From a virus (taxonomy: Duplodnaviria > Caudoviricetes): 64,000 bases of DNA. Made by a program: the position numbers and the translations under genes. The notes below the pieces were generated by a model. It worked only from the letters and a program-made list of their open reading frames with translations, was not told where the DNA came from and searched no databases. The stretch lies in the IMG/VR virus record IMGVR_UViG_3300011442_000001, positions 1-64,000 of that record. One strand, written 5' to 3'. Positions 19,101 through 28,475 of this stretch are shown one piece after another; position 1 is the first letter of the stretch, and the number at the start of each line of letters is the position of its first letter.

Positions 19101-19874
19101 CTCTTTGACAATCTGGTTTGCCATACCATAAGCTGTTTCATTGTCTGGAATGTTTGAGTTTGAAATGACAATTGGACGAATATCATTATGGTCATAGTTC
19201 CAAGGAGTATGAACGGTTACAGAAGCTTTTGCATTGGTTCCGGCAAAAGGGTCATACGCCCCAAAGACAAGAGCCTTATTTCTAAGCATCTTATCGTCTT
19301 TGATAACCTCTATATTGAGAATGTCAGTCTTTCCTACACTGTCCCTATCTTCTGCTAAGTCTGTCTGCAAAGAACCAATAATAGCCTTACCGTTCCCGTC
19401 AAAGTAAAAATACCAGCCACTCATTTGTAGAAGGGTTGTGATTTGCTCATAGACTGTAGTCAGCCCTAGATTGGTAAAGTTCGATAGAAGATTTCCCTGA
19501 GAAGTTGTATTAAACTCAAAATCAACTCCAGCCTCGGTCAGGAATTTTTCAATCCAGTAACGAGTGTAGCTAGGGTAATCCACTGTATATGAATCGGGGA
19601 TAAAGTAATCTACTATCCTTTTGGAATTGTCCTGACAATCCAGAGAAATAGTTCCTCTAGGAATGTTGTTTTCTACGCTTGAAACATAATATCTAACTTT
19701 GAAATCCCCATTTTCGTAAATATCAATATTGTCCCAAGGTACAAAGGTTCTCCCTATTGTGTTTATAACCTGTAGGGTTAAAGTTCCAATTCCTGTGCAT
19801 ATCTTATGCACTCTTTCATATTCAGTAACAAAACCCGTAATTGTTGTTCCATTGTGTTTTACCTGAACATTCAC
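16194..19874 (-). CDS. Large tail tip / baseplate hub-central fibre protein
   Basis: 1226 aa, beta-rich, positioned after the tape measure and distal tail genes. Confidence 0.7.
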   Translation of the reverse strand: MNVQVKHNGTTITGFVTEYERVHKICTGIGTLTLQVINTIGRTFVPWDNIDIYENGDFKVRYYVSSVENNIPRGTISLDCQDNSKRIVDYFIPDSYTVDYPSYTRYWIEKFLTEAGVDFEFNTTSQGNLLSNFTNLGLTTVYEQITTLLQMSGWYFYFDGNGKAIIGSLQTDLAEDRDSVGKTDILNIEVIKDDKMLRNKALVFGAYDPFAGTNAKASVTVHTPWNYDHNDIRPIVISNSNIPDNETAYGMANQIVKEFSRITVEKHLSVWGARDFNLGTALRVTSNIYKGRGLVTTFGVSMSKGGLITNVVLDERCPRLFGFFDFGDYVYVSFYGDGVWRKHIKFDPTWYNFSTGLTDLAITDLHVNNGVFGSVGTRGEMFYAIDELPWNGISFSSFMSSEESVVDASGNFIAFSGLMARAVIIDKIGNTVKFGVDTMSGINMGDYFMNASGFSTTASGNRSWIVEYDVLSGNLAGTSYPVSLSGNYNYFVVDLDNDGKNDYISVGTGGTAAPPVLGTDHNYGHHYTQGFANSKDYTSYTIFPDAQSIVDINNEVRGSMESLSVRVQNQSSMIAIDDQISGYSFIVAVGADKVARKDKYTRTFSAGAWNVARTETVSSAQTNIGTVLGIYPNLGSDTHRIFYYKKPSQGSIDFYYIDWNALANTWGSQTLIQTVTLQTGGTAFLERAFRLDSVVSGNVIKVLMTHIRSQNNSTVFTAESHLFIEVTSISMETATLINDPVLDFITDEYLTSGRYYYFSDTGHSAPTFPDAIDNGNNPPYFHIFQNGQDVQIIGRIEMFYNDITAPPNLIFSTREFLFSGNASVVQYNEVYNDTQVMSAYSNIRRFTGVFEGNWLQLTTSNAIIVGHGNSIGLNSFVWDGATFLTYTSAGNSTTIPYYFKKSTVFPMFANNQNQYIALNSSTFNIVSADSLSVIGTIVPPANVYPNGFCSTGFGGFGASVYASVFIDDADGFDWLVPFDFTSFDLGRKLYTQDDGSNSVPSFSIRTISFGNFFISDSNDYTAVQPVAGVYYVDLGSPEWEAAVYQVLRRDDATTFTLIEEEAYPIRLDISNNAPVLTVGSGDTTFVSNYVYETTLTTVESAPSGLAAFSGQMVNDYRYTFLQPSPGTLSSGLGISSTILYIHGSGIFGSDALTYSGGFSKMFDVPSGYGTRIETSNYGVGGQYIFITASGNVQRFYQQDPAAFSFTDYGTGFPQTRATQIRLDDAV

Positions 19875-20515
19875 ATTGATTCTCCGATTCTAGTCCAGCC
19901 TCTATGACTCTTTTTGTCTCCTCTATCTACCTGGTTCATATTTCGGTAGGTAAGTCCTTTAATATCGCAGAATTTTTTGAGACCAATAATATTTCTATAT
20001 GTAATGCCATCTGGAGAAATAAACCCACAGTAAACCTTTTTAGAGGTTGATATTCCTGTTTTTGATTTACTTATCTTTTCTTTAGTCTCTTTACTTTTTG
20101 GGATACCAAGACTATAGGTAAGAAGCTTATCTTTTAGATACTGCGGAAGTTTTTTTCCGTAAGTCCAAGGTTTGTTTCCTTTATTTGCTTTTCCTATTTT
20201 ATCTTTTGTTTCTTGAGATAATTTTCTTCCCATAGGACTTCCTGCTATTCTGTCCAAATTATAGTTTGGATTCAAGAGGTCAATGAATCTTTGTTCGTAT
20301 AATATAAGATTTTCTTTGTCACAATAAATTAAAGGTTTTATAGTAAATGCAACTTCTCCATACTTATTCCACGCTGCTTGGAGATATTTATTTTTGTGAG
20401 TTCCTTTTCTTAGTGTACACACATGGGTAGCCCTTCTTTTAGAAAAGTCTACCGCACTACCGATATAGAACTTATTATTGATATTGTTTCTTATCTCGTA
20501 TATTGCTGAGTTCAT
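19871..20515 (-). CDS. Free-standing GIY-YIG homing endonuclease with NUMOD3-like repeats
   Basis: AIY...FYIGSA...R..H...E...YN; SQETKDKIG/SKETKEKIS; start probably MNSAIY. Confidence 0.9.
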   Translation of the reverse strand: MNSAIYEIRNNINNKFYIGSAVDFSKRRATHVCTLRKGTHKNKYLQAAWNKYGEVAFTIKPLIYCDKENLILYEQRFIDLLNPNYNLDRIAGSPMGRKLSQETKDKIGKANKGNKPWTYGKKLPQYLKDKLLTYSLGIPKSKETKEKISKSKTGISTSKKVYCGFISPDGITYRNIIGLKKFCDIKGLTYRNMNQVDRGDKKSHRGWTRIGESM

Positions 20516-20526
20516 AATATGCCTTT

Positions 20527-21486
20527 CTAACGACGCAATTCTAATGTTGTTATATATCCTGCTTTGTCCCATTTGTGTTCTACGCTATAAACGTACCACT
20601 TTCCTGAAACTCCTATATCTGATAATGTCACGTCTGCTATTGTGCGGGGAAAGATATTAGTCTGCCCTACCATTGTAATAGATACCTGTTGAGTTAGCCT
20701 GTTCAAAATCTCCAAGTTGTAGTTTGCCGACTGCTGTGCCATAGATTGTGTATCAATAACACCCGGAGCGGCCACTACCACCGTTCTATAAAATCCAGAA
20801 GGAAGATAGGGAGATGTTGCCTGTGCGTGAGCGGCTATACTATTTGACCCGTAAACAAGAACTTTGTTTCTAATATCATGGTCTGATTTTTGATAGGCTG
20901 CTTCTACAATCAAATCTGCCAAAGTTATTGTGTAATCCGCCGGTTCTGAACCTACCGGATAAGGTCTTCTATTGATTAGATGAACTTGCCCGTTATTATC
21001 CGCATACAAGGTGTAGGCTATAATATTAGCCAAGAACTTTGCATAATCATAGCATCCAGTCAGATTCACTTCCACAGGATTGTTTATAGCAAAAGTAAAG
21101 CTGGTACTTTCCATATCAAAGCTTGTTAGACCAGACAGACGTAAAATATCTTCTATCAGGTCTTCGGCTGTGATGTTCTGTCTGCTGAATGGGTGTTCCG
21201 GGTCATCTGATGCTATGAAGAAATCCACGGCTCGTATAAGAGCATTGGCTATGCTTATTGTATACTGCTTCTCTGGCTCTTTAAGTTCAATGTTCTTTAC
21301 GAAACCAGTAATGCATTTGAAGTTGTCTCCCACATAGCCAATATAAACAGTAGCGGCATCTCCAATATCCAGTGATGTATTTATCGCTGTAACTACGGCT
21401 GTAGAAGTAGCGGCAACATGACTGTCATTGAAGGCAACGGAGAGAATGTTTGAAGTATTTGTACATGTTGCATATAGTGTCTGCAT
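20527..21486 (-). CDS. Tail/baseplate hub protein
   Basis: Position; C-terminal WYVYSVEHKW..GY.TTLEL typical of hub proteins. Confidence 0.65.
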   Translation of the reverse strand: MQTLYATCTNTSNILSVAFNDSHVAATSTAVVTAINTSLDIGDAATVYIGYVGDNFKCITGFVKNIELKEPEKQYTISIANALIRAVDFFIASDDPEHPFSRQNITAEDLIEDILRLSGLTSFDMESTSFTFAINNPVEVNLTGCYDYAKFLANIIAYTLYADNNGQVHLINRRPYPVGSEPADYTITLADLIVEAAYQKSDHDIRNKVLVYGSNSIAAHAQATSPYLPSGFYRTVVVAAPGVIDTQSMAQQSANYNLEILNRLTQQVSITMVGQTNIFPRTIADVTLSDIGVSGKWYVYSVEHKWDKAGYITTLELRR

Positions 21487-21488
21487 GA

Positions 21489-21851
21489 TTAATCACTTGT
21501 TGGGTAAAGTTCAAAGTCAAAAATATACATAGGAGCGTCTTCTGCCAAGTCTGGTCTAAGTGTCTGGCAGGTATTTGGTATCTGTTTGAAAACAGCCTTC
21601 TTTACGTAATAGTTTCCCAAAGTTCCCATAGGGCTAACCAAAGTATAAGCTGTGGCTGTTTTTCTAAGAGCCATGAGGGCCGCTTTATCTGTATCTCCTA
21701 CTACATAGGCGTTGATTGATTTAACTTCACTTTCATATCCGAAGAACTGTAGAACAGTTTCATCATCTAAGGGCTGTAGTCTGGGAATGATTGCACTCCC
21801 GTCTCCTGTATTTTCTTGCACAAAAATTCTAATTGAGTTTAATGTCCACAT
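21489..21851 (-). CDS. Distal tail protein-like
   Basis: 120 aa, immediately after the tape measure gene. Confidence 0.55.
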   Translation of the reverse strand: MWTLNSIRIFVQENTGDGSAIIPRLQPLDDETVLQFFGYESEVKSINAYVVGDTDKAALMALRKTATAYTLVSPMGTLGNYYVKKAVFKQIPNTCQTLRPDLAEDAPMYIFDFELYPTSD

Positions 21852-21860
21852 ATTTACCTC

Positions 21861-24800
21861 TTAGATTATATATCTCTTAGTAATCGTACCCTGAGAAGCC
21901 TCAAACTTCACCAAGTCAGATGACAAATAAGGTGAGATGATGCTTGCTAGTACTCTACCGTCTACCAATAGCTGTACAGAGTTCTCAAATCTCATGTCCA
22001 GTCTTGCCTGAACTGACTGTGGAGCTACGTCTGTCATGCTCCTTCCTCCTACAGAACCTCCACCACCTACGTTTGCACGTCCAGAAAGAGGAGCCTCATG
22101 CTGTGTTAGTCCTTGCCAGAAGCTACTCAAGGCTTGCTTCAACTGGTCTACAAAAGAGGTTGGCTGATTTTCTTTGCTCATTTTGTCATATCTATCTTCG
22201 TGAGCAAGTCTGGAAGGCGCACCAGAATTCATTCTGTCATATCTGTCCCCCAAGAAAACCTTGGATGTATCATTCATCTTGTCATAACGGTCTTCTTTTG
22301 GATTTCCGGGTCTCTTGAATAGATAAGGGTCTGCATTGTTCCACTTATCTGTAGCATTCATCAAAGCCTGAGTATTTAATTCTGTAGCAGAAGTATTTCC
22401 ATCTACTGCCTGAGAATCTACGGCTGGCATTCCACCACCCATTCCACCTTGGTCTTTAGGTTTGTAGTAAGCGGCCTGAAGAGGAACCCAGAAAGTAGCA
22501 CCTTCAGGTATGTTATACATACCGTCAAGTTGTTTCTGGTTCAAGTCAACAATCTTTTCCAAAGCTAGTTTGACAGCTAGGTTATCGCCGTGTAGTACTG
22601 CTGTAACATAGTCACTGAATATAACTCCAATGTCTTCCGGGTTCTGTTTGTACTGAGGGAATTCCTGCGACAGGTATTTGGTGAAGTAGTCTATCTTTCC
22701 CTGTAGTCCAGCACCCTGCTGAGAAGTAATATCCAACTGCTGAATACCAAATGGATTCTCTTTCTGGGAACGAAGTTTTCCTTCTTCCTGTAGCTGCTGA
22801 ATAGCCGACTGTCTGAACTGCTGGTCTGTCTCTGTAACTGACTTGAAGAATTCATCTCCAGAGTCTTTGATTGTAACTGCAAACTCATCGAAGCTATCCT
22901 TCAAGGCGTCATATTGTGTATCCGAGAACTGTAAAAATCCTTGGTAGAACTGTCCCTGTAGTTTCTGAGTTCTCTGTTCTACAAGTTGATTTTCACCTGT
23001 TGTAAGTGGTTTTGACAAATCTCCCTGAATTGATGGGATTTTCAGATTATTCAGAGTAGTCTGCTTGTAAATATCGCTAAGGATATTAGCACCAGATGTC
23101 TTTAGTTCCTTTAGTTTGTTTGAAACCTCCGCCAAATTATCAAATCCTAAACTCTTTAGAGTATCCTTATCCTGAAGTTCTGGAGAATTAAGTAAGTTTG
23201 TAAGGTCTTCTATCTGTCCTACAATAGCTGTCAGTTCTGGAATGCTATTCTGTGCGCCTGTTACGATGATTGTGTTGAAAGCGTCGAAAGCATCGGCGGC
23301 ACTATTTACGTTGCCATCTACTTTTATGAACTCGTCTCCCAAAGCTGTGTAGTATTGCAAAGCTTTGGTATCAAATCCGCCAATAGCTTCATTTCTACGG
23401 GCATATTCAGCACCCGTAACTTCTCCAGATATTCTCTGGTTAGCTAGGGTGGACTTTGCTTGACTTTGTTCTGCTTGAACCAAGTTCCCAAATCTAACTT
23501 CATTAGCCTTTACCTGAGATGTGAATGGAGTACTTAGTCCACTTTTTGTGTCATCAACAGCTTTAATAGCGGCCATAATTACATCATAAGCTTTTTGTGC
23601 TTCTGGCGAAGCTTGTAGATAAGTACCATATTCAGGAGTAGCTTTAAGTTCCTGTTTGTTAGTAAAAGCTGTTTGTATCTGGTCAGGAGTTACTCCTAGT
23701 TGCTTTAGAGCGGCAGTATTTCCTAGAATATTGGGGTTCAATAGAGAAGCCAATTTTCCTTTGTCCTGTGTCTTGATAGCGTCGTTAATTCCGTCTATAA
23801 GATTTTTGGCCGCTCTTTCAGAACCAGATGTTATAAATCTACCTACAGCCTCGTTTCCTCCGCCAACTGATTTATACAATCCTGCCTGTGCTTCTTGTAG
23901 AGCTTTATTTCTATCTGCCTCGTCTGTCAAATCTTGTCTAGGCTTTTCCCCAAATCCGGGTTTAGTATTGTATCCGAATATATCTGTGCTTCTTGCTATG
24001 GTGCTATTTACAAATGCCTCAGCAATTGCAGTACCTATAGCGGCTCCAATAAATGCGCCTTGAGGCCCTGTAAAGGAGCCTACAATTCCTCCAATTACTC
24101 CTCCAGCCAAATCTGCCCCCGCCTTTATTCCTCCAAACTTATCTTCTTTGTTTAGACCATTCATTAATGCTGGAATAGCAGCTAGTAGAAGTCCTTGAAC
24201 TGCTCCAGAAGATGCATTATTACCTAATACATTTTGGGTTAGGAAGTTCTGTCCTTTTTGACCACTAGTTAGTCTGGGTGACATTCCCGGTAAATATGGT
24301 TGACCTCCGGGGCCAGTAGCCTGTGGAATAGATTCTACCAAACCTCCCAAGCCAGCTTGAACAGAAGGAATTCCTTTGTATTTTAGAGCCGCAGAAGCCG
24401 CTACAAAGGCAACAAGTGCCGGTGTAGTTTTGCCTAGAACTCCTAGCAAACTATTGAACAAGCCTACCAGCTTTGTCATTCCGTTTACACTTCCCTGAAT
24501 GATTGATAGGAAACCTCCCTCTGTACCCAAAGTTTGAGCAAGAGTTGTGAAAGCATTAGCCAGTCTGGTTAAGGAAGTTTGAACTGTTTGTAGCTGTTTA
24601 TCTAAAGCCGCCGCAGCATCTCCATTAGCTCTTGAAGACTCATTAGATACTGCAATAGCTCTACTGTAATTCTCAAGGAAGGTAGATACAGCCGCCTGTC
24701 TACGAGTACCACCACCGATGGCTAGAGTTAGCTTTGAGAACTGAGTATCATCAATAAGTTTCTTATCTCTCAAAGAAGCAATTTCTAATAGAATATCCTT

Positions 24801-26960
24801 CAAGCTTCTCATGTTTCCGGTAGCGTCTTTTGTGGCGATACCCAAATCTTCTAAGGCTCTTATACCTTGGTCTGACTGGAATCCAGAAATAATGGCACGA
24901 GAGGTATTAGCTACTTCCTGTCCACTTTGATTTGTTGATTCTGCCAAGGTTGCTAGAATACCGTTTAGGTCGTCTGCACTTAGCCCGGCAGTGTTAGCCG
25001 CATCTCCCACAGTAGCAAAACCCGTAGCAAGGGTTGCCAAATCTACATTGGCTACTTTGGTAACTCTTACCCAACTATCTAGAAGCTTGGTTGTGCTGTT
25101 GAAATCTCCACCAGTTTGTCTAACTGCCGCAGATAAAGTGTCAATAGCAGAAGCTTGGTCTAGACTTGAAAGCTTGGATAGAACTAGAGCATCTGCCAAA
25201 AGCTTTTGAGCAGTAGCCAATCTTGTTACTTGGTCTCCCTGACCACCTGTAGCTCTATAAGCTTGAGTAAATGCGTCAATAACTCCAGAGATTGCTTCAC
25301 CAGATTTATTAGCTGCATCTGCTGCGATTTCAAAGATTTTAGACTGACCAGTAAAAGCACTATTTACAGAGATTGTAGCTTCTGCTAGTTTTGTCTGGTT
25401 GGCTATCATCTCCTGTGTAAGTTCTTGTAGCTTTCTCATTGGGCCGTAGATAGCCGCAAGAGCAATAGACCACTTGGTTAGTTCACCAATGTCTCTGGTA
25501 ATACCCTGTCCGAAAGTTCTGAATTGATTTGAGATACCCGGAGATGCCCGCCCAGAAGGTGATGAATAAATGTCTAGGTTTCTTTTGATGCCTAGCTCAT
25601 CGTCTCTCTGAAACTGGAGTTGATTTATTCCTCCAGTACCTCTGGTTCTGATGTTCTTTAAATCAGTATCTACATTGAACCCTTGTTGTTCAGCTATTCT
25701 GATGGCATTAGCATATCTTTTGTCGGCTCGAATAATATCTCTAAGCCCCTTGATACGTTCTGCTTCTGCCGCCGCCGCCTCACTCATATTCTGTTTGTAC
25801 TGTTTATTAGAAGCCTGAGATTCCCACTGTCCCCACGTTCTATTATCGGCTCTACCGCTATCTCTGGGAGGTTCGTCCCCATAGAACCGCCCTTGATAGG
25901 ACTGTCCCTGACCTGCTGTTCCCTGTCCCACTCTAAACTGAGGCATACGAAGATTTTCTGACCTAAACTCAGCAGAATAGCCGAATAGTTCTCTGTCAGT
26001 AGGTGTAGTAGTGGCCTTTGGAGCATTGTGTACTGTGGTACGTGGCCCATTTAGTTCTATCTGACTAGTACCTGTTTGAGCCTGTTTGTACTGATTAACT
26101 TTATCAATCAGTGTTTTGTAGAGCAGTATCGAGTCTTCTAGTTCTTTGGCTCTGTTGGAACCAGCAGTTAGTTCTGTGCTACTTAGTTCCTTTATTTTGG
26201 TTTCTAGACTTTTTATTACCCCTTCCAGTATTCTAGTATCATTGGCTTGTTTTTCTACATTTCCACCAATAGGAGTTCCTGCTTTAAATGCGGCAGTAGA
26301 AGCGTCCACTCTTTCCTGAAGTTTGGCAGCGGCTCTTTGTTTTTCCGCATCTAAAGACTGAATTTCTCTTAATGTAATGGCATCCCGTAAAAGTAGATTT
26401 TGTCTGGCATTTACTCCAGCATCTATTCTTCCAGCGGGGGCAGTAGTAGGAGCTTCATTACCTGTCTTTAAATGTCCAAGTGGGTCGTATTGATTTCTTA
26501 GTCTGGACTGGAAAGAAGCAATGGCGGCTTCCGCCTTCTTTATGTCTCTGGCAATTCCTTGATAAAGAGGGTCGTCTTTAGAAAGGTCTTTCCAAGCATC
26601 ACCATACAAGGCTATCTTATTCTGTAGGGTTGTGATTGCCTTTGTTAAAGCTTCCGCCTGTTTGGTCTGCTTCTCCAAAGCATCCAGACGCTTAGATTCG
26701 TTATCAGCATTTACAACAGAAGTCTTTCTAGTTTGTAGACTATTTACTTTCTCCTGTGCCTTCTCTATCTTTGTTGTTAGAGCATCAATCTGCTCGTTGA
26801 ACTGCTGAATCTGAAAAGTACCAAGACCCCCTTGGGCAATGGTATTTTTAAATCCTTGTATCTTCTCCTGCATCTTTCCAATCTGAGAAGAGGTCTTTTC
26901 AAGGTCAGTATTTATTTTTTCTACAAGTTTAGCTAGAATATCAAAATCTTGGTCAGCCAT
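21861..26960 (-). CDS. Tape measure protein
   Basis: 1699 aa, Ala/Gly/Leu-rich helical protein with a TP901-like core, downstream of the frameshifted chaperones. Confidence 0.9.
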   Translation of the reverse strand: MADQDFDILAKLVEKINTDLEKTSSQIGKMQEKIQGFKNTIAQGGLGTFQIQQFNEQIDALTTKIEKAQEKVNSLQTRKTSVVNADNESKRLDALEKQTKQAEALTKAITTLQNKIALYGDAWKDLSKDDPLYQGIARDIKKAEAAIASFQSRLRNQYDPLGHLKTGNEAPTTAPAGRIDAGVNARQNLLLRDAITLREIQSLDAEKQRAAAKLQERVDASTAAFKAGTPIGGNVEKQANDTRILEGVIKSLETKIKELSSTELTAGSNRAKELEDSILLYKTLIDKVNQYKQAQTGTSQIELNGPRTTVHNAPKATTTPTDRELFGYSAEFRSENLRMPQFRVGQGTAGQGQSYQGRFYGDEPPRDSGRADNRTWGQWESQASNKQYKQNMSEAAAAEAERIKGLRDIIRADKRYANAIRIAEQQGFNVDTDLKNIRTRGTGGINQLQFQRDDELGIKRNLDIYSSPSGRASPGISNQFRTFGQGITRDIGELTKWSIALAAIYGPMRKLQELTQEMIANQTKLAEATISVNSAFTGQSKIFEIAADAANKSGEAISGVIDAFTQAYRATGGQGDQVTRLATAQKLLADALVLSKLSSLDQASAIDTLSAAVRQTGGDFNSTTKLLDSWVRVTKVANVDLATLATGFATVGDAANTAGLSADDLNGILATLAESTNQSGQEVANTSRAIISGFQSDQGIRALEDLGIATKDATGNMRSLKDILLEIASLRDKKLIDDTQFSKLTLAIGGGTRRQAAVSTFLENYSRAIAVSNESSRANGDAAAALDKQLQTVQTSLTRLANAFTTLAQTLGTEGGFLSIIQGSVNGMTKLVGLFNSLLGVLGKTTPALVAFVAASAALKYKGIPSVQAGLGGLVESIPQATGPGGQPYLPGMSPRLTSGQKGQNFLTQNVLGNNASSGAVQGLLLAAIPALMNGLNKEDKFGGIKAGADLAGGVIGGIVGSFTGPQGAFIGAAIGTAIAEAFVNSTIARSTDIFGYNTKPGFGEKPRQDLTDEADRNKALQEAQAGLYKSVGGGNEAVGRFITSGSERAAKNLIDGINDAIKTQDKGKLASLLNPNILGNTAALKQLGVTPDQIQTAFTNKQELKATPEYGTYLQASPEAQKAYDVIMAAIKAVDDTKSGLSTPFTSQVKANEVRFGNLVQAEQSQAKSTLANQRISGEVTGAEYARRNEAIGGFDTKALQYYTALGDEFIKVDGNVNSAADAFDAFNTIIVTGAQNSIPELTAIVGQIEDLTNLLNSPELQDKDTLKSLGFDNLAEVSNKLKELKTSGANILSDIYKQTTLNNLKIPSIQGDLSKPLTTGENQLVEQRTQKLQGQFYQGFLQFSDTQYDALKDSFDEFAVTIKDSGDEFFKSVTETDQQFRQSAIQQLQEEGKLRSQKENPFGIQQLDITSQQGAGLQGKIDYFTKYLSQEFPQYKQNPEDIGVIFSDYVTAVLHGDNLAVKLALEKIVDLNQKQLDGMYNIPEGATFWVPLQAAYYKPKDQGGMGGGMPAVDSQAVDGNTSATELNTQALMNATDKWNNADPYLFKRPGNPKEDRYDKMNDTSKVFLGDRYDRMNSGAPSRLAHEDRYDKMSKENQPTSFVDQLKQALSSFWQGLTQHEAPLSGRANVGGGGSVGGRSMTDVAPQSVQARLDMRFENSVQLLVDGRVLASIISPYLSSDLVKFEASQGTITKRYII

Positions 26961-26962
26961 TA

Positions 26963-27957
26963 CTATCCTTCGACATCACTGATTAGTATGTCTACGTCTT
27001 GTTTTGTTTTGTGGTCTAGAACTTTCTCAAGCCATTCGTCTAGTTCTTCAGAAGTTCCATCCCAAAGTATCTTATCTGGAGGTCTCTTTTCTTTAGGAAG
27101 CTCGTTTAGTGCATCAATTTGCTGAAGCTTCCTGATAACGAAACTAATCGTATACGGGAGTTGATATAAGTTTTTCACCATAGGGTCTAGTGGAAAACCC
27201 AACGCTTTAGAGACACTCCATAAGGAGGCTACTGCGTTGCTTCCCGCAATTTTTTTAGGTCGTCCATCCCCACTCCCAAAGTACCGTAAGCCTTCTTGAA
27301 TTCATTCTTTGTTTCTTCTCCAAGGTTATCAAAGTCTTCAAAAGAAGAAAATGACTTTTCCTTGTAGTTTTCATCCCTGAAACAGCCAAGATAAAGTTCC
27401 ATATCTGTGTAGGCTCTTAGAGCCTCTCTTTCGCAGAATTCATCTATTAGAGTGTTTACATATCTCTTATAGAGAACTTCCTTACTTTCGGTTAGCAAAA
27501 ATTTCTTTAGCTTGTCTACTTCTTTTTTGATGAAAGCATTTACTGCATCTGCCTTCTTCTGAGAGTAGGCATCAACTTCCGCCTGAAACTTTTCCATCTT
27601 AGCTAGAGAAGAGTTGGACTTAGGAGCCTTTGGAAATGGTACATCCACTTCCTTTAGGGCTGTATTTGTAATATCTCTCATGGAGAATACTATAATATAG
27701 TTGGCTAGGTCTTCCTCCGTCATTACATCCATCTGCTGAATAGTAGCCCATCTAAGGTCACTATCTACATTGGATAGTTCTTTTCTGAGTTCCGCACTCT
27801 TACGAAGTGCATATACTCTCGCTCTATTCACATCTGCGTCTCCTAGCAGCTTCATGTAAACCAAAGCCTGTACTACTCCCTTAGAATCCAGTAGTTCAAA
27901 TGTCTTCCCCCAGACAAACAATCTACTGATGTCTACATCATTACGTTCTGCATCCAT
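26963..27957 (-). CDS. Tail assembly chaperone pair (gpG 27229-27957; gpGT by -1 frameshift to 26963)
   Basis: CTA AAA AAA TTG at 27250-27256; the -1 frame reads IAGSNAVASLWSVSKALGFPLDP into ORF 26963-27202. Confidence 0.85.
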
Positions 27958-27963
27958 TTTTTC

Positions 27964-28365
27964 CTATTCCTTTCTTTTTAAATATTTCAAAGCATTATTA
28001 ATTATCTTTGGACTATCCTGTAATAAACCTATTCCGGCATTACACTTTAAGCATAACAATCCTCTAATCCTACCTGTTTTATGGTCATGGTCTATAAATA
28101 GTTTTCTTTTAAATTTTCCACAAATCTCGCAGCAACCATCTACTGCTTGATATAATTCATTGTATTTAGTTTCATTTATATTATAAACCCTATTTAAGTA
28201 GGAGTTCCTGTTGTAGATGCTATTTCTGTTTTTGTTGAATTTCTTTTGGTCTCTGTTCGCACACTCTTTACAATAGTACCGTCTCCCTAATTTTTTGTTT
28301 TTATCTCTGTGAAATTCTTCCAAATCCTTGATTTCTAAACATCTACAGCATTTTCTTTTCATCAT
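27964..28365 (-). CDS. Endonuclease VII-family free-standing endonuclease
   Basis: CCRC...CKEC; CEICG...IDHDHKTGRIRGLLCLKCNAGIG. Confidence 0.9.
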   Translation of the reverse strand: MMKRKCCRCLEIKDLEEFHRDKNKKLGRRYYCKECANRDQKKFNKNRNSIYNRNSYLNRVYNINETKYNELYQAVDGCCEICGKFKRKLFIDHDHKTGRIRGLLCLKCNAGIGLLQDSPKIINNALKYLKRKE

Positions 28366-28377
28366 ACTCCTTATAAC

Positions 28378-28435
28378 AAAAAGAACGCTAAAATAGACCT
28401 CCGATATGGGAGGAAGCTATAATAGCGTCCTTTTT
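28378..28435 (-). terminator. Long interrupted hairpin after the major tail gene
   Basis: AAAAAGGACGCTA...CCTCC...GGAGG...TAGCGTTCTTTTT. Confidence 0.6.
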
Positions 28436-28475
28436 ATATTATCCTTGTTAAGCTATTTCAGTTGTTATTCAACAA

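Noticed and set aside
14255-19874. Diversity-generating retroelement targeting tail proteins
   Set aside because: No reverse transcriptase and no TR/VR repeat pair seen in this window.
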